Shown piece by piece: positions 50,952-64,000 of a stretch of 64,000 nucleotides of DNA (the stretch's first letter is position 1; the number at the start of each line of letters is the position of its first letter). Source of the DNA: Sphaeroforma arctica JP610 (taxonomy: Eukaryota); NCBI RefSeq assembly GCF_001186125.1, contig NW_014040420.1:65384-129383 (forward strand). Reading direction: 5' to 3'. A program made the position numbers and the translations under genes. Below the pieces are notes generated by a model. It did not search any database and had not been told where the DNA came from. It worked only from the letters and a program-made list of their open reading frames with translations.

Positions 50952-52286
50952 AGGGGGCCTAAACGTCGAGACAGGAGTCTTATTTCGAATGTGATCCAAG
51001 TTTGTACAAGTGTAATCGATGTAGTAGGTGTAGTTGATTCACCCATCATTGGGCTGTGTCATGGCTGTTGTCCTAGTCCATCTCCCTCGGTGGCTGTGCA
51101 CTCATATTAGAGCGAAAGAGAGAGGGGGGTTGGAGGGGCCAGTGATGCTAGTGTATTTGTGTAAGCGTCAAGATGTGTATGCGTGTGCGCGGCATTGTAT
51201 GTTTCTACATCTTGCTACTTGCTATCGGTGTTTTGATACTCAAACGTGACTATAATGTACTGTACACGCTTTAACAAATTAGTTTGAGCTTGGCTCGTCC
51301 AGCAGTAAGTCTCCATAGACAAGCCCGACCAGGGGTCCAATACATAAGTGGTTGAAACCGTTTAATCTCCAAGCCATCGAGCCACCCGCCTTAGCAACGG
51401 ATCCAGCAATGTCAAGGCATTAAACTCTTGAACTAGCACGTACTTGCCTGTATGCTATCGTTGGTCTTTTTTTTTCACCATAGTTTCAGGCTAATACCAC
51501 TGGATTATCCTTTCTCCTCTCTAAGCATTGCATGTGCGGTCTGTCTACCTGTGCATGGTGCCAAGCCCGAGTTTCGGAGATAATTGTACACTCCACTGAC
51601 ATTGGGTGTTTTAAACCTCAGTTGATTGGGCAGTCGGTTGACAATCGAAAGGCTTTCAGTTCGACTCGTTCTGAACGCCTATTTCTCTAAAGGAATTCAT
51701 GGGAGCGGTCGGGTGGCTTCTGCATGTACACACGGAATGGCTGTCAAGGTTTAACTCTCACACTTGACAACCCCTTTGCACTGATAGAGAAGGCAGACAT
51801 CTTTCGTTGGTGACCCGTTCAAAGCTAAATACCGCGATCTCTTTCGGACGAATCTACGTCATTATCATACAATGGATGTGGTACCCACGGTGTAACGTTC
51901 CGACGACCACTATTTGGAACACACTCTCGTCGGTTGACCTGCACATTTCCGGGGCAATTGGTTCAATATAAATGCGTGTGTAGGTATATGTAAACATCTT
52001 TATATTTATATACGTATATTATGAAGCCAGATGGTATCCGAACGAACTGGATGTCCTATTCCTACCACAACCGAATATTGTCAGCAGGACTCTTCCGCCT
52101 ATTAAAATAGCTATGGTGCGAAACCCACTCTATGCATCACAGTATGGAACATGTGTGTGTGGATATGTGTATATATATATATAGATATATATAGATATAT
52201 ATATATATATTATATATATATATACATATATGTATATATATATATATATATACTATATAATAATATATATATATATTATTTATATA

Positions 52287-52353
<67 letters not shown>

Positions 52354-52850
52354 TGTATGAATGTATGTATGTATGTATTTATGTATGTATGTATGCATGT
52401 ATGCATGTATGTATGTATGTATACATGTATGTATGTACGCTTAAGCTCGTCGAATATCTATCAAGTGATAATCTCAAAAAGAACATTTTAGCCCAACTAT
52501 CTCAAAAGCATACACTCTAAAGTTTGCACATCCTATAATCCCCCTATCCATTACTCCGCTACAATTTTAACAGCAGGCTTACTAGTAGCACGTTCCCGTA
52601 TGTTAGTTCAGTCAAAGGACAACCACATAGACCACTCTTGTTTATAGTCCATCGCAAACATATTGAAATACAAAATAGATTTTGCAACCAGAATTACACG
52701 TGTCGTATGATTATTCTCAAAGTTAGGAACAGCACACCTCAACTTATAGGTTGAAATGAGAGCTCCACTCCGATACATTTCACTTGTCCGAAACAATTCA
52801 TATACAAATGCAAAATGCGGTCTGCATACAGTGATGCACTTATTTTCCCC

Positions 52851-53270
52851 CTATAACAACCAATGAGCTCTTGCATCAGGCAAAGGTGCCCTGAACACAC
52901 GCACGAAGACTAAACTGTTATCTGTATCGTCAAAACCACTAATTAACCCCCCATCAATCTCTTCTTTATCTCCAATATCTATCCCACGCACGTAAAGGTA
53001 CAAAATAAAGTACATAAATAGTACTCCGAAATACTTCCAACTGTGGTACACCTTGCGTGTACAAATATAATATAACGTTTGCAAACAGACATACATAAGT
53101 CTGATTGATTTAAGAGTGTGTAACATACCTTGTGATCTTGTGACAGGCAATGGAGCCTTAAACACATGCTCAGAGCCTATACTGGTATCGCTATCGCCTA
53201 CATTGCTGACTATGTCTCCATCGAACTCTTCATCGTCGCTACTGTCCACATCTTTTAGTATGATACCCAT
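52851..53270 (-). CDS. Short acidic hypothetical protein made of two diverged repeat units (possibly a partial gene or pseudogene)
   Basis: ATG at 53270; AG|GTATGT donor after 53129; in-phase TAG acceptor before 52978. The two segments are homologous: DSSDDEEFDGDIVSNVGDSDTSIGSEHVFKAPLP vs DIGDKEEIDGGLISGFDDTDNSLVFVRVFRAPLP. Confidence 0.35.
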   Translation of the reverse strand: MGIILKDVDSSDDEEFDGDIVSNVGDSDTSIGSEHVFKAPLPVTRSQGMLHTLKSIRLMYVCLQTLYYICTRKVYHSWKYFGVLFMYFILYLYVRGIDIGDKEEIDGGLISGFDDTDNSLVFVRVFRAPLPDARAHWLL

Positions 53271-54178
53271 AGTGTGCTGATAGTACTATCGTGTGTCTAT
53301 TTTCATCTATTAATATAAGTGTTTATGATTGCGTTGGTGCATGTATGTGTGTACAACAGTCTATCTCCAGTTTAAGTATATCTAGGGCGGCCTAAGCTTG
53401 TATAGAAATAAATATTTTAACTTTATATACACGACACGGAAAACTTTAGTTGTATATATTATAAATCACTGTTCATACATTATCAGTCAGACATTGCAGT
53501 GACACTTTTGGCGCGCAGCTGTGGTCCAATAGAAACACGTGAATTCTCATACTTTTACGCGGGAAAAAAGTATTTTCCAAAAAGAATGTATACACACGAA
53601 AGGACACATAGCAATGACAGCAGGACAGCGACTAAAAGTATATAATCAAGTGAACGGCCAAGAGACCTAAAGGTTAAAGGTTAAAGCTTCTGCAGTGTAA
53701 ATATAAGAGTATGTATTTATTTATCTACAATAGATAAGTATATAAAGGATATAAAGGTGTAGAGTATGTATACCAGACAGGCAGGTAGTGCGTATAGGTA
53801 TAATAAGCACATGAGAATATAAAGGTGTAGCGTATGTATAAAACACAGACAGGTAGTACAAAGTTGACACATTCCAAGCGATCAGCTTTACTTGGGAAAA
53901 GTAATAACTAAGCAACACAATACCGTATCCTCGTACACTATATAGCACATGCATATGAATAATCATCTATATGGAAACTACTGTAGCTGTTCATGGTTGT
54001 TTATGAATACAGTACGATAATAATCATACACAGTATCGCACCTATATGAAACAAACTACAAGTATCTGTCGTATATATAGAAACATACAGTAACAAACAC
54101 ATATACGACTATGAAATCGAGCAGAAGATAGTTGGCTATATACACAGGTATAGCCTCTCAGTATCTATATAAACTATT

Positions 54179-57100
54179 ATGGGAGTCATTTCATCGGATG
54201 CGGAATCTGAGGTTGAAGTGGTTGTCAAGACAACACGGCGAAGCCGGAATTCTGGACCTACTAAGTCAATGAAAGACATCTCAGACTCAGAGCTCGACGG
54301 AGAAAGTGTGGCCAGTGAAGCTGGTTACGAGGATCAAAGTGAGGACGAGTATAATGGTAAGATTGATAGATAGTATTCTGTTACTTGAATAGGGCCTGGT
54401 AGTTAGTGTACTATTAGATGGATAGATGTGCATATCAATAACAGATCACTATTCCAATGGTATGAGGTTGTATATATCTAAGTGTAGTAGAATACAATGT
54501 GATGAAGTGATTTATTTTATATATGCTATGATATCAGGAGATGTACATCCTTCTAAGTACAGATTAAGACGATAGTAGGAGCAATGTGTACTTATCTACG
54601 TACATTCTTACTGCTAATCTGTTAAGATATGTTCAGAGTTTCTCTTTCGCATAACCCCAAGTATACTTGAATTTTCACGCAAAGTCCCTGTTCTAGTTTT
54701 TATTCTGCGCCGATAGAAAGTCTCGTGCTACATACTAGAGGGGCATACCAATGCTATATGTTCAACAGATTGGTGTGAAGCCATTTCTATAAATATGTAC
54801 AAAGAGTGTGTGTTCTGTGCGCTTAGAATCATCTGCAGGATACCTCATATGCCTCAATATGCGATGCAAGTCGTATGTATGTATTTAGTTGTGGGCGGAG
54901 ATGAGTGTACGCATACTGGTATCTGATAGGTTGATTGTGATCCCTGCCTACAATAGCAGCCCCCTGTCTTGTGTGTTTATATGCCAGTATAGGTAATCAC
55001 TTTCGCATATCCACCTGTTTTAATTTGCGTACACCGATATGAAGCTGTACACGATTTGTCTCATTGACAATCTACGGATGACTATGACGAGAATTGGTAA
55101 GTTTGTGATCTCTTTTCTGCTTTACGTCTGAGTGATAAACCCATTGTAGAAACCTTTTGCTGCTTCTGATGCGTGTTTGCCAATCACGTATATAGCAGGT
55201 ATCAATATGTGTCTCTCTGTGATTATTAGATAGTATGTTGAACCTCCAATCTTATGATTCTTCGATAGTATGTTAAACCATCATCTTCAAGCTTGCGTAG
55301 TGCCATATGCACCATAGTAAATAACAAGGTAACGAGAAGTTGATTTGCTATGTGTTGTTGCGCTAGTAGGTATGGTATGACTATAGCTACATCGTGTTAT
55401 ATCACCACAACGCTTATGATAGCACACAACCTACTTAGCAAATCTAGGTTTAAAGGTGCCCTTCATACAATACTCAGTTGTATGCAGATACATTCCCTAA
55501 TGATATATTTATTTAATTCACACACACATAGGGTACCTCCCCCCCCCCCCCCCACACGCACACACTTTCAGCCTGTGATGTGTCTGTGCTAGAGAGGGCC
55601 ATTGTTAACTTCCAAATTCTCTTTTATTTCAGTTGACGATGATGACTCTGATTTCGAGGCGAAACCTAAGGTTAAAAAAGCTACCGCGAAGAAAGCCAGC
55701 AAAGCGAAAGCCGTCAAACACACTGAAGACAGGTATGTTCCACTCGCTGCCCAGATTCTAATCCAAACAGAATTGTACAAAACCTATTTATACTCGATTT
55801 GTTGTTTTTATCTCGAAATGCAAGTCTAAATTGGACATTCTATGTTTGATTGGCAGCATGATAACAGTCTTGGATGACGATTCTGATCTAGACGATACCG
55901 GTTTTGTCCCGGTATTGCCACCCAAGAGGATAACACCGAAGAAGAGCGCATCGAGCATTGACTTGGATATGGATGAGAATGATGACGACGTATGTGTTGT
56001 GCTGTCACTAGTTTGACCCCTGTTTTTGTTTGGGTGGGTAGGTATGGGATACATGCTACACACTTGTATGCACACATTTGACGTTATGTCGAGACACACA
56101 AACATGCGCAGGCATGGCTGTATAACTGAAACAATTTCATTATCTGTGTATAAAGCTCAGACTGGCGTATTTCGCGCTAACCCCACCAACTTAGGAATCA
56201 AAGACGGGAACTATCAAACCTGATGGGACGGCCGATGCAGAACCCAAGAAACCCAAGGGTAGACCGAAGGCGAACACGCGCATGCTGGCCACCATGCCCG
56301 TCAAGATGTCAGCCAAGCTAATCCCAGCAGTAATTTTCGAGCCCTCGGATGAAGTGGTATGTGTGGGGCGCTTACGTGCTTCTACTATGTAACCATTCTC
56401 ATTCTTTTTTTCGTGTTTTTGTGTCGATAGGCGTGTATATCGAATTTAGCGTAGTATCATGAGCATACGTGTTGATGCAAGATTACATCTAAATGCATCA
56501 TATATCCATTATCATGTGTGTATATACCTCCTCAACTCGTCTCAGCGTTCGCCGAGAGCTCTGTCAGATTGTGTACAAGTGCATATGTGCGTTTAACCAA
56601 CGCTCAAACAATATCAGCGTGGGTCATGAGTCTAGTCACTCAGTGCAAATGCAGACGTGTTATTCTTAGGTTATCTGAAAGAATCTTTCAGCGCAATTCA
56701 GGGCTTATAGTGTAGATAATGAAACAGTACATGGCTGTGTCGCATCCTTTATTGCAATCTGGTTATAGATTTGGGATAGCTACAGCCGTGTGTGTCGTCA
56801 TACTGCCTATCTTTTCTAGTACTATACCTATACGTACTATCTTCATACCTACCTACATGTTCCAAATACCTCCCGATATGTTCTATTTGTAGGACCTCGA
56901 TGGAGATACGGGCGCGGTCGGGCGGTTTTTTGCACCATCGGCAGAAGACAACATGTTCAGACTTGACTTGAAAGGTTATACTTTCCAGGGACTACCAAGA
57001 CCTTGCGCCACATTCATGGTTATGAAAGTTAGCAACGGCGAGGCCAAGGTGGAATCCCTTATCGACACTTATCTGGATCTGGAATGGTATGTCAATTTTT

Positions 57101-59102
57101 GTTTCCTTCCCTTAGAGTTGGGATGTAGGGTTTCGATGTGTGTGACTGGGGATGAAGTTGGGAAAAGAGCTGCCAAAACCATGTGCCACATTCAGGGCCA
57201 TGTGAGTTAGCAACGGAGAAGCCAATATCAGGTCACGTAACGATACCTACTTTGATTTAGACTGGTATGCCTTTCTAATTCGCAATTGTTCCGCGCTTTC
57301 GGACTAAAAATGAGTGAATCAATATGCATTTATATTGATCTACACATGTCTGCTTTTTACAATATTTCGTGGCGTGTGACATGGTAAGCAAAACACGCAA
57401 TGGCGAGCTCCTGCTGGGCACATTTCGCTCCATTATTCTTCCTTCTATACATGCATGCGGTAGGGGTAGTATTTAGGAAACCGCTTGTCTGTTTAAAATA
57501 GTATATCAAACGTACCCTGACTTTACCATCCACACACGTGCATACAGTATCGACAGTATTTATAATACCACAGAAGTATTAGCCAGTTTCGTTGTGTTTG
57601 CACTACAAACCACTCCCCTTCTCTACTCGAACACGTTCATACCGTACCAACAAAGTGTACAATAGCGCAGAAGTTTTGAACGATGATTTAAGTTAATACC
57701 AAAGTATATACCAAATCGATTGCTCAAATACACACGTGCACCGTATCGGCGGTGTGTATAATACCATAGACGTGTGGAGTGCTATCATAGCGTAACACCG
57801 GGATTAAACACTAAATCAGAACTTTGTATAGACGTGTGTAGTTCCGAAAGTGTGCGATGCCACGGTAGTGGAGATTAGCACTGCGAGTATTGCAGTGTTG
57901 CACCAAGAATCAATACCAAATCAATTATACATATGCATGTCTGCAGTAGAATGCCGCTGAGGTATTGAACGGTAGCATGGGTGTTGCACCAACCATTAAA
58001 CACTAAATCAAACCTTTGTATGCACACGTACAGTATCGACAGTGTGTACAATGCCACAGAGGTGTTAAACGGTAACATAGATGATGATGAGGGCGATGAT
58101 ATGGACGATGAGATCGCGTCCGATTATGAAATGAACGGCAACGGTAAAAGGTAGGTACTTGCGAGCACCGCCAGATCTGGTTTATGTAATGAGTTTGTTA
58201 AACTTTGATTACACGTGTTCTAGACAGGGGTTGTCCCCCACTTTGGTTGGCGGAAACGGACTGGTCAAATTGGATTCAAAATTGCAAAGACATTTTTTGA
58301 CCTGTGATATTTTGAAGACCTGCGTATCGATAATAATGTCTGGTTGAATGTTGTTCAATAAACCGCATATTAACCTTTACAGTACAGTTCTGTCCACGTT
58401 CATGCCACGCGTCAGGAGGAATAATTTTCAAGTTCGTAGATACTTATGGTTAATTGTTTGTGCATAATTACTTATAAATAACTACCTATAGATAGTCACT
58501 TATAGATAATTACATGTACATAAATAGACGATTGCACATAGAGAATTCCTTATGGAGAGATAGATAGTTACTTATTGATAAATACTTTATAGTCGCGTGC
58601 ATGTAATGAGCGCTTAAACTCAAATGAATTGCTTCCACAATTAAATAGACACCCATGACTCACACAGCTTATGCTGCAGTAAGCGCATACTCATATCTAA
58701 TCATCCTCGCATATAGGCCGGGTGACGGCAAATCAAGCAAGAAGACATCCAAGAAAATCAAAGTGCTGGCCTCAGATGATGTGGCTCCGACGGTGGTATG
58801 TCAATTGATGTGCACATGCCAATTTTTATGGGCCTAGGGTACTCTTCTCATCCTTATTTATTTTTCGGCATCATGGGATACTTCTTCAGAGCGTGTACAA
58901 TACTGTACATAACGTTTATGTTAAAAAGAATGCCTTGTTTTTCCAAGTTAGGGCCACTGATTGCTAATATCTTACCTCTAAATACATCACTGATGCTTTT
59001 TATTCACAGGGGAAAGCGGGCAAGGCCAAACCGAAAGCAAAACCGAAAGCAAAAGCAAAACCGAAAAAGGTTGTGAAAAAACCGACGGCACCCAAGAAGT
59101 GA
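54179..59102 (+). CDS. BIN4: BIN4/MIDGET-like DNA-binding protein (DNA topoisomerase VI accessory subunit family), 351 aa
   Basis: Exons 54179-54356, 55633-55732, 55857-55989, 56195-56356, 56893-57086, 58034-58150, 58717-58795, 59010-59102 total 1056 nt in frame. The core DLDGDTGAVGR...RLDLKG...TFMVMKVSNGEAKVESLIDTYLDL...SVYNA aligns by eye with the plant BIN4 core (DLSGDMGAVGR...LDLKG...TFCVV..GQTEAKIEAIMNDFIQL...NVYEA). Flanks are acidic and Lys-rich, with an AT-hook-like KGRPK. Confidence 0.8.
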
Positions 59103-60113
59103 TCTCGAGAATGATTCCGTCACAAAAAAAAATTGTTTCTTTAAAGTTGTGTACAATTGGTATATTTCAAACTCACTAGACTATCACTGTCCAAAATGTG
59201 ATAGGGCCAACACGCAGCTTTGTAGTTGTGTAAAGGGTGTATGATCACCCTGTAAAACTTCATCTTACACCATAAAGATGGCAGCATTGCTGATGCTGCC
59301 GTTGACATCCCTGTCACGTACGAGACCACAATGTGACAATATGTTGCAACATATCGGTTATAACGGGTGTATTCGTGGAAACACAATTTCACACTCATAG
59401 GCAGTAAATCGTCCTTTGGATTTTGTACTTCATCGATAGCTTGCAGTAGGTCAAAAACCCATGTTTCGGCAAGCTTGCTAGACAAATCTTTGAAAGTACT
59501 GAATGATTTGTGTTCTAGACAAGTCATAGACAACTTTTTTTTTTCTCGAAGATGACAATTTTAATTCTATCTTTTCTGAATCCGTATTTCACTCTCCTCC
59601 CCTATCCAATCATACATGTAGCCTATCGGGGTAGACGACAGTCCCTGTTCCCGTCTTACACGGTCATAAGCTGTCTTATGTTGCACCGAAGCAAACGTTG
59701 ACGCTCGCTATCTAACTTATATACACATTTATGTATATGTATATGTACATGTATATGTACATGTATATGTATATGTGCATGTATATGTATATGTACATGT
59801 ATATGTATATGTACATGTATATATCTCCTTATTTGTATGTACATTTATACGTATTTGTATGTGTATATGTATGTGTACATGTATATATATGTATATAAGT
59901 ATATGTATATACATATATATATATATGTGTATATATATATAATATAGAATAAATGTGTGCGAGAGAATATGTACAACTCAAATGACAATATGCATAGATG
60001 TTCGTACATGTGCTCAGATATAAAATCGAATTATGCTCATGAGTTATATGCAAACTGTATATGCGCATGTAGGTTCTGAAACTACGAAATCCGAACTATT
60101 AGAAATTGGCACT

Positions 60114-60521
60114 TTACTTAAAGTAGTTGTGTAGCAACCCTGCGAGAAGTAAAATACACACATGCAGGTTCAACAACTGGTTTCCGGTGTAGTACATCTT
60201 GACCTGACTCTCTGCCAAGTGAGTGAGCATCAGTCCCCCCGTAACAAAAACTTGCACCTCATTTGTCACAGCAGAGAAATATCCCGTCGCATAAAGCGAC
60301 ATCAAGCCTCCGTAGAACACCCAAATGCCACAAATACGCCATACCAACGTCTTCGTGTCTGGCCTCGTAGATGTGCTTGGTGCGTCATCTCTTTTCTTGG
60401 CATCTGCCACAGCTCCTTTGCGACCAACCTTCATAAGTCTCTCCGGGGCAAACATAAGCATTGGGGAGAAGGCAAGGGTCACCAAGGCATGGTAGGCCAG
60501 CACAGCCGATAAGACGTGCAT
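60114..60521 (-). CDS. Small intronless multi-pass membrane protein, 135 aa (paralog A)
   Basis: Clean ORF with about four hydrophobic segments; clearly paralogous to 62110-62508 (26/35 identical N-terminal residues; shared CGIWVFYGGL.SLYATGYFS). Confidence 0.8.
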   Translation of the reverse strand: MHVLSAVLAYHALVTLAFSPMLMFAPERLMKVGRKGAVADAKKRDDAPSTSTRPDTKTLVWRICGIWVFYGGLMSLYATGYFSAVTNEVQVFVTGGLMLTHLAESQVKMYYTGNQLLNLHVCILLLAGLLHNYFK

Positions 60522-62109
60522 GCTTCGGAAAAATTATAATACTGCTAGTTGGAATTTGGTGCATAACCTTGCTGGAAACTATATGAAACAATTTACACGC
60601 AATAAATACATGTTCAATTTTTGTTGGAAGGAAAAACAATGAAACAAACGACAAAATATTTACATATTTTTATTTATAAATACATATACAGTAGTCAGTA
60701 TCGGAATTTACGTACATATTTACATACACATTAGTCTTTCCAGTTATTTACAACTCCCCCGGGAGAGTGGGCCCCCAGTGAGTCCACTCCCCGCGGGCCC
60801 GCCCGCCCCCCTATCTCAATAGAGTTAGAGAGAGAGGCCCGGGCCCCTACTGGGCCTACTCCCCCCCACCAAGACAGAGAGAGAGAGACAAAGATGTGGC
60901 AGTCAGCACTCTGCAGTCTGCAGTTCTGCAGTTCTGCAGACAGCCAGACAGTCAGACACAGGCAGAGAGAGGCAGGGGGCGCCGGGGCGGGAATGGGAGA
61001 GAACGCGGTATCCGTGGTTTTTGCCTTTTTAAGCTCACCGGCAAAATATACTCTAAAAAGTTAGTTAATGACCATATCGAACCAATAGTATTCATTTATT
61101 TTAACAAAGACAGAAATCGTCAGAATCTCAGTCAATAGGAGAAGTAGCAAATTATCAGAGCGTCAAACTGACGGCTGTTCAGCAATCCGAGCTCAGTTCT
61201 CCGCTTTCACACAGAAACACACAGTCACATGTGACATGGACCTCTGGATTAGGGTCTCTGGCTCCGCTACATTTACGATTTCCGCTCGAGACTCTGCTAG
61301 TACCAAGTAATAGCGAGGCTATGAGACTTGAGAGTCACACAGTGATATTCTGACACACGTGTGTACATTCTTTTTTACGAATAAAAAAATCGGACTGTAT
61401 TAAGGTCTCGTCTCGGTCTGACGTCTCAGACTCTCAGACTCTCCAGAGTCCAGAGTCCAGACTCTCAGTCTCACATCAGACAGTGAAAAGAGATCATAGG
61501 TGAGTCACTCTGAGTCTGAGACTTGAGACTTTGAACTTCTGAAGTCTGAAGTCTGAAGTCTGAGCCCTGATGAGGGGCTGATGAGTTGTTTATTTTATTT
61601 TGTATATAAATATCACTGTTAAGACTTCGTAAATAAATACAACTCATGATCAGTGCTCAGTCACTGCTCACACAGTTGATTCAGAACTGTTCAGTCATTG
61701 TATGTCCATAATTTTTTATTTTTAGAAAAATATTTGTTTGTATTTGTTTGAGTTTTTATCTTTTGGGTGGTTTTATTTATAAAATCGAATATTTACAAAC
61801 AAATATTGTTTGTAAAATGTTTCAGGCAATTTTTACATAGCCTTCTCGTTTAATTGATTTTTAAGTTAAAAAAAGAGCTATTTTTTCCTCTCTCATGATG
61901 ATATTCTGGTCACCTCTGGGGAGTGACTTGTACAATAACATAGTAAAGAGAGTGAGACGTTCGTAGGCCGAATGGTGATTCCAAACTTCCACCCCCTGTC
62001 AATATGTATAAATACGTATAAATAAAGCAAAGCGGACCACCAGTCGAGCACACATAACAATCATAAATATTTACACACGTTCATCTGAAAAATACGTATA
62101 TCAAGAATC

Positions 62110-62508
62110 ATGAATGTTCTAACTGGTGTACTGGCTTACCATTCCTTGGCGACCCTTGTTTTCTCTCCTATGCTCATATTCGCACCGGAGAAGCTCATGA
62201 AGGCAGGCCGCAAAGCAGAGGCCAAGAAAAATGATGCACCAACAAGCGTGTCTAAAAAACCAGACAAGACGGCTACTGTCATGCGTTTCTGTGGCATTTG
62301 GGTATTCTACGGAGGCTTATCGTCCCTTTACGCTACGGGATATTTCTCTCCTGTTCCGACCGAGCTTCAAGTGCTTGTTGCTGGAGGGCTGGCGTTTATT
62401 CACGCGTCGGAGGCTGTGATGAAGATGATGTACACTGACAGCCATATGTCAAATACACACATGGCTGTGCTGCTTACCGGAGCGGTGTTATACACCCGCA
62501 ACATGTAA
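62110..62508 (+). CDS. Small intronless multi-pass membrane protein, 132 aa (paralog B)
   Basis: Clean ORF; paralog of 60114-60521 in divergent orientation; TATA-like gtataaata at about 62006. Confidence 0.8.
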   Translation: MNVLTGVLAYHSLATLVFSPMLIFAPEKLMKAGRKAEAKKNDAPTSVSKKPDKTATVMRFCGIWVFYGGLSSLYATGYFSPVPTELQVLVAGGLAFIHASEAVMKMMYTDSHMSNTHMAVLLTGAVLYTRNM

Positions 62509-64000
62509 GGCACTGGTTCCAATGTAAGTGCCCTAAGTGCTCATCGGACAGCTTCTGCACATAATGTGCGAGTATATACCACGCAATATGCGAGGAGCTT
62601 CTTGCTATGCAGATAATAATATGTTTTTATGTATGGATGGATATATAAGCTGCGTATTTTGAGAGTTCACATGAGCACAGATGTACCAAACAAGGGCGAC
62701 GGGGAATATTTATGGAGTGATATAATTAGTATGGGCCACGTGCGTACGAATCTATAAGTTCGAGAAAAATAAATAACTTGATATTTAGAATCAAATCTTG
62801 TCAAGATAGTGCTGTTAAAGCTTAAAACCTGACAACAAGGCACAAATCCAATGCATCAGCGGATATAGTTGTGTTGTTAAAAGGTGCACTATCACTACTG
62901 TTCTAATCTTTTGTCTTGCCCTCCAGATCCATTTCGTTTGGGATAATGATATCGGCATCGCCAAACAATGCTGTTGCTGGTCGCCAACCAGTTTGTATCT
63001 TTCTCCGTATTGTATTCCAGCACAAGCTCTATTGCAAACTTGGTGTTGCGTGACGACTATTATTGGCCTGAAGCTAAAACAACTCGAGCACTAATCTAGG
63101 GTAGGATATGAGCCGACACAACGTCCATAAGACTCCGACGCACATAGGTATTGTGTTTCCCATAACAACTTCGAGGATGTAGACTTCCTCCTTCCAATGC
63201 ACGCCTATATCAAAGAAAGATGAATGATGGCTGGTCCAGCCACGATGCACTGGCCCTCTGTCATCTCTGGAAAAACATTAGGCCTAAGGGGTGTGCAATC
63301 ACACCTCCTATTGGGGCTTCACGGGAAGACCTGAAGCCTGAAGGGCTGAAGGTGTGTTTACTGTTTCATTTGCGAACAAAACGATTGAACGACCCAATAT
63401 TTATTTCTTATCCCAGCGGCAGCATCTAGAGGCATCTTTATACCCTAAAACCCTTGTCAAATTTTGAAGAAAAAAAATTCACAAAGGACCTCTCTAATAA
63501 GAGTCATGAAAATCAAATACCTATGTATTTACTCGTTTTTAAAGGGCACATACACGGCAGTGAAGTATTGCATTCTTCAGAATTGGACGTGCCAGCTTCC
63601 TTTCAAGAGCAAAGAAACATCTCTCGACTCAAATCCGTGCGGCCTCAGTCAGGTATGTCTCGTTTTGGTGGCGCTGTACGTGAGCAAATTGTATTATATT
63701 ACGTCAGTATTTTAACGTACCATTGCGGGGGTTGCGCGGCAAGGTCTAAAACTTGCCTATCGACTCTTCGAAAGGAATCGTCGGATGTTCAATAAGGTAG
63801 ACTCGTTCATACAAAATTAGGTGTAGTTGGTCCCAATCTGATCTTGATTCAATGTATACATTTCTTTCAGGCTGATGTTATGATAGTTTCGTTCTCCCAG
63901 TTGTATCATATTTTTGCTTGACCCGTGAATCAGTGAATCTTATGCATCGGTATATAATCATGATTTTCTGTAGTCAAGCCAGTAACCGCCAGACCACTGC

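Noticed and set aside
55070..55102. Possible BIN4 micro-exon ending at G|GTAAGT
   Set aside because: No suitable upstream AG acceptor, and the gene model is in frame without it.
59141..59533. 130-aa minus-strand ORF
   Set aside because: No recognisable motif or splice support, and it starts at a non-ATG codon.
60753..60870. GC-rich gggccc palindromic patch as a structured ncRNA
   Set aside because: No tRNA/snRNA features recognised; more likely promoter DNA between the divergent paralogs.

Overview
Eukaryotic, intron-rich draft-assembly window with GT-AG introns, many (TA)n/(CA)n microsatellites and three N gaps. The gene content (animal-like Rap1GAP and ZnT5 next to a BIN4-like gene) suggests a unicellular holozoan or similar protist, but that is inference only. 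Manually spliced gene models: a 5'-truncated Rap1GAP-family gene (+, 345-10223), a 920-aa polyQ disordered protein (-), a ZnT5/SLC30A5-like zinc transporter (-), a TM9SF1-like nonaspanin (+), a carnosine-synthase-like ATP-grasp ligase (+), a BIN4-like topoisomerase VI accessory protein (+), an inverted pair of small paralogous membrane-protein genes, and a MITE. The most striking signals are in the introns. (1) Many splice junctions are followed or preceded by decaying tandem 'echo' copies of the exon-intron boundary, several of which keep AG/GT and lead to premature stops. (2) Introns are polarised, with G/T-rich and TTTAGGG motifs near the donor and complementary C/A-rich and CCCTAAA motifs near the acceptor, on both strands. 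All homology calls come from remembered family motifs, not database searches.
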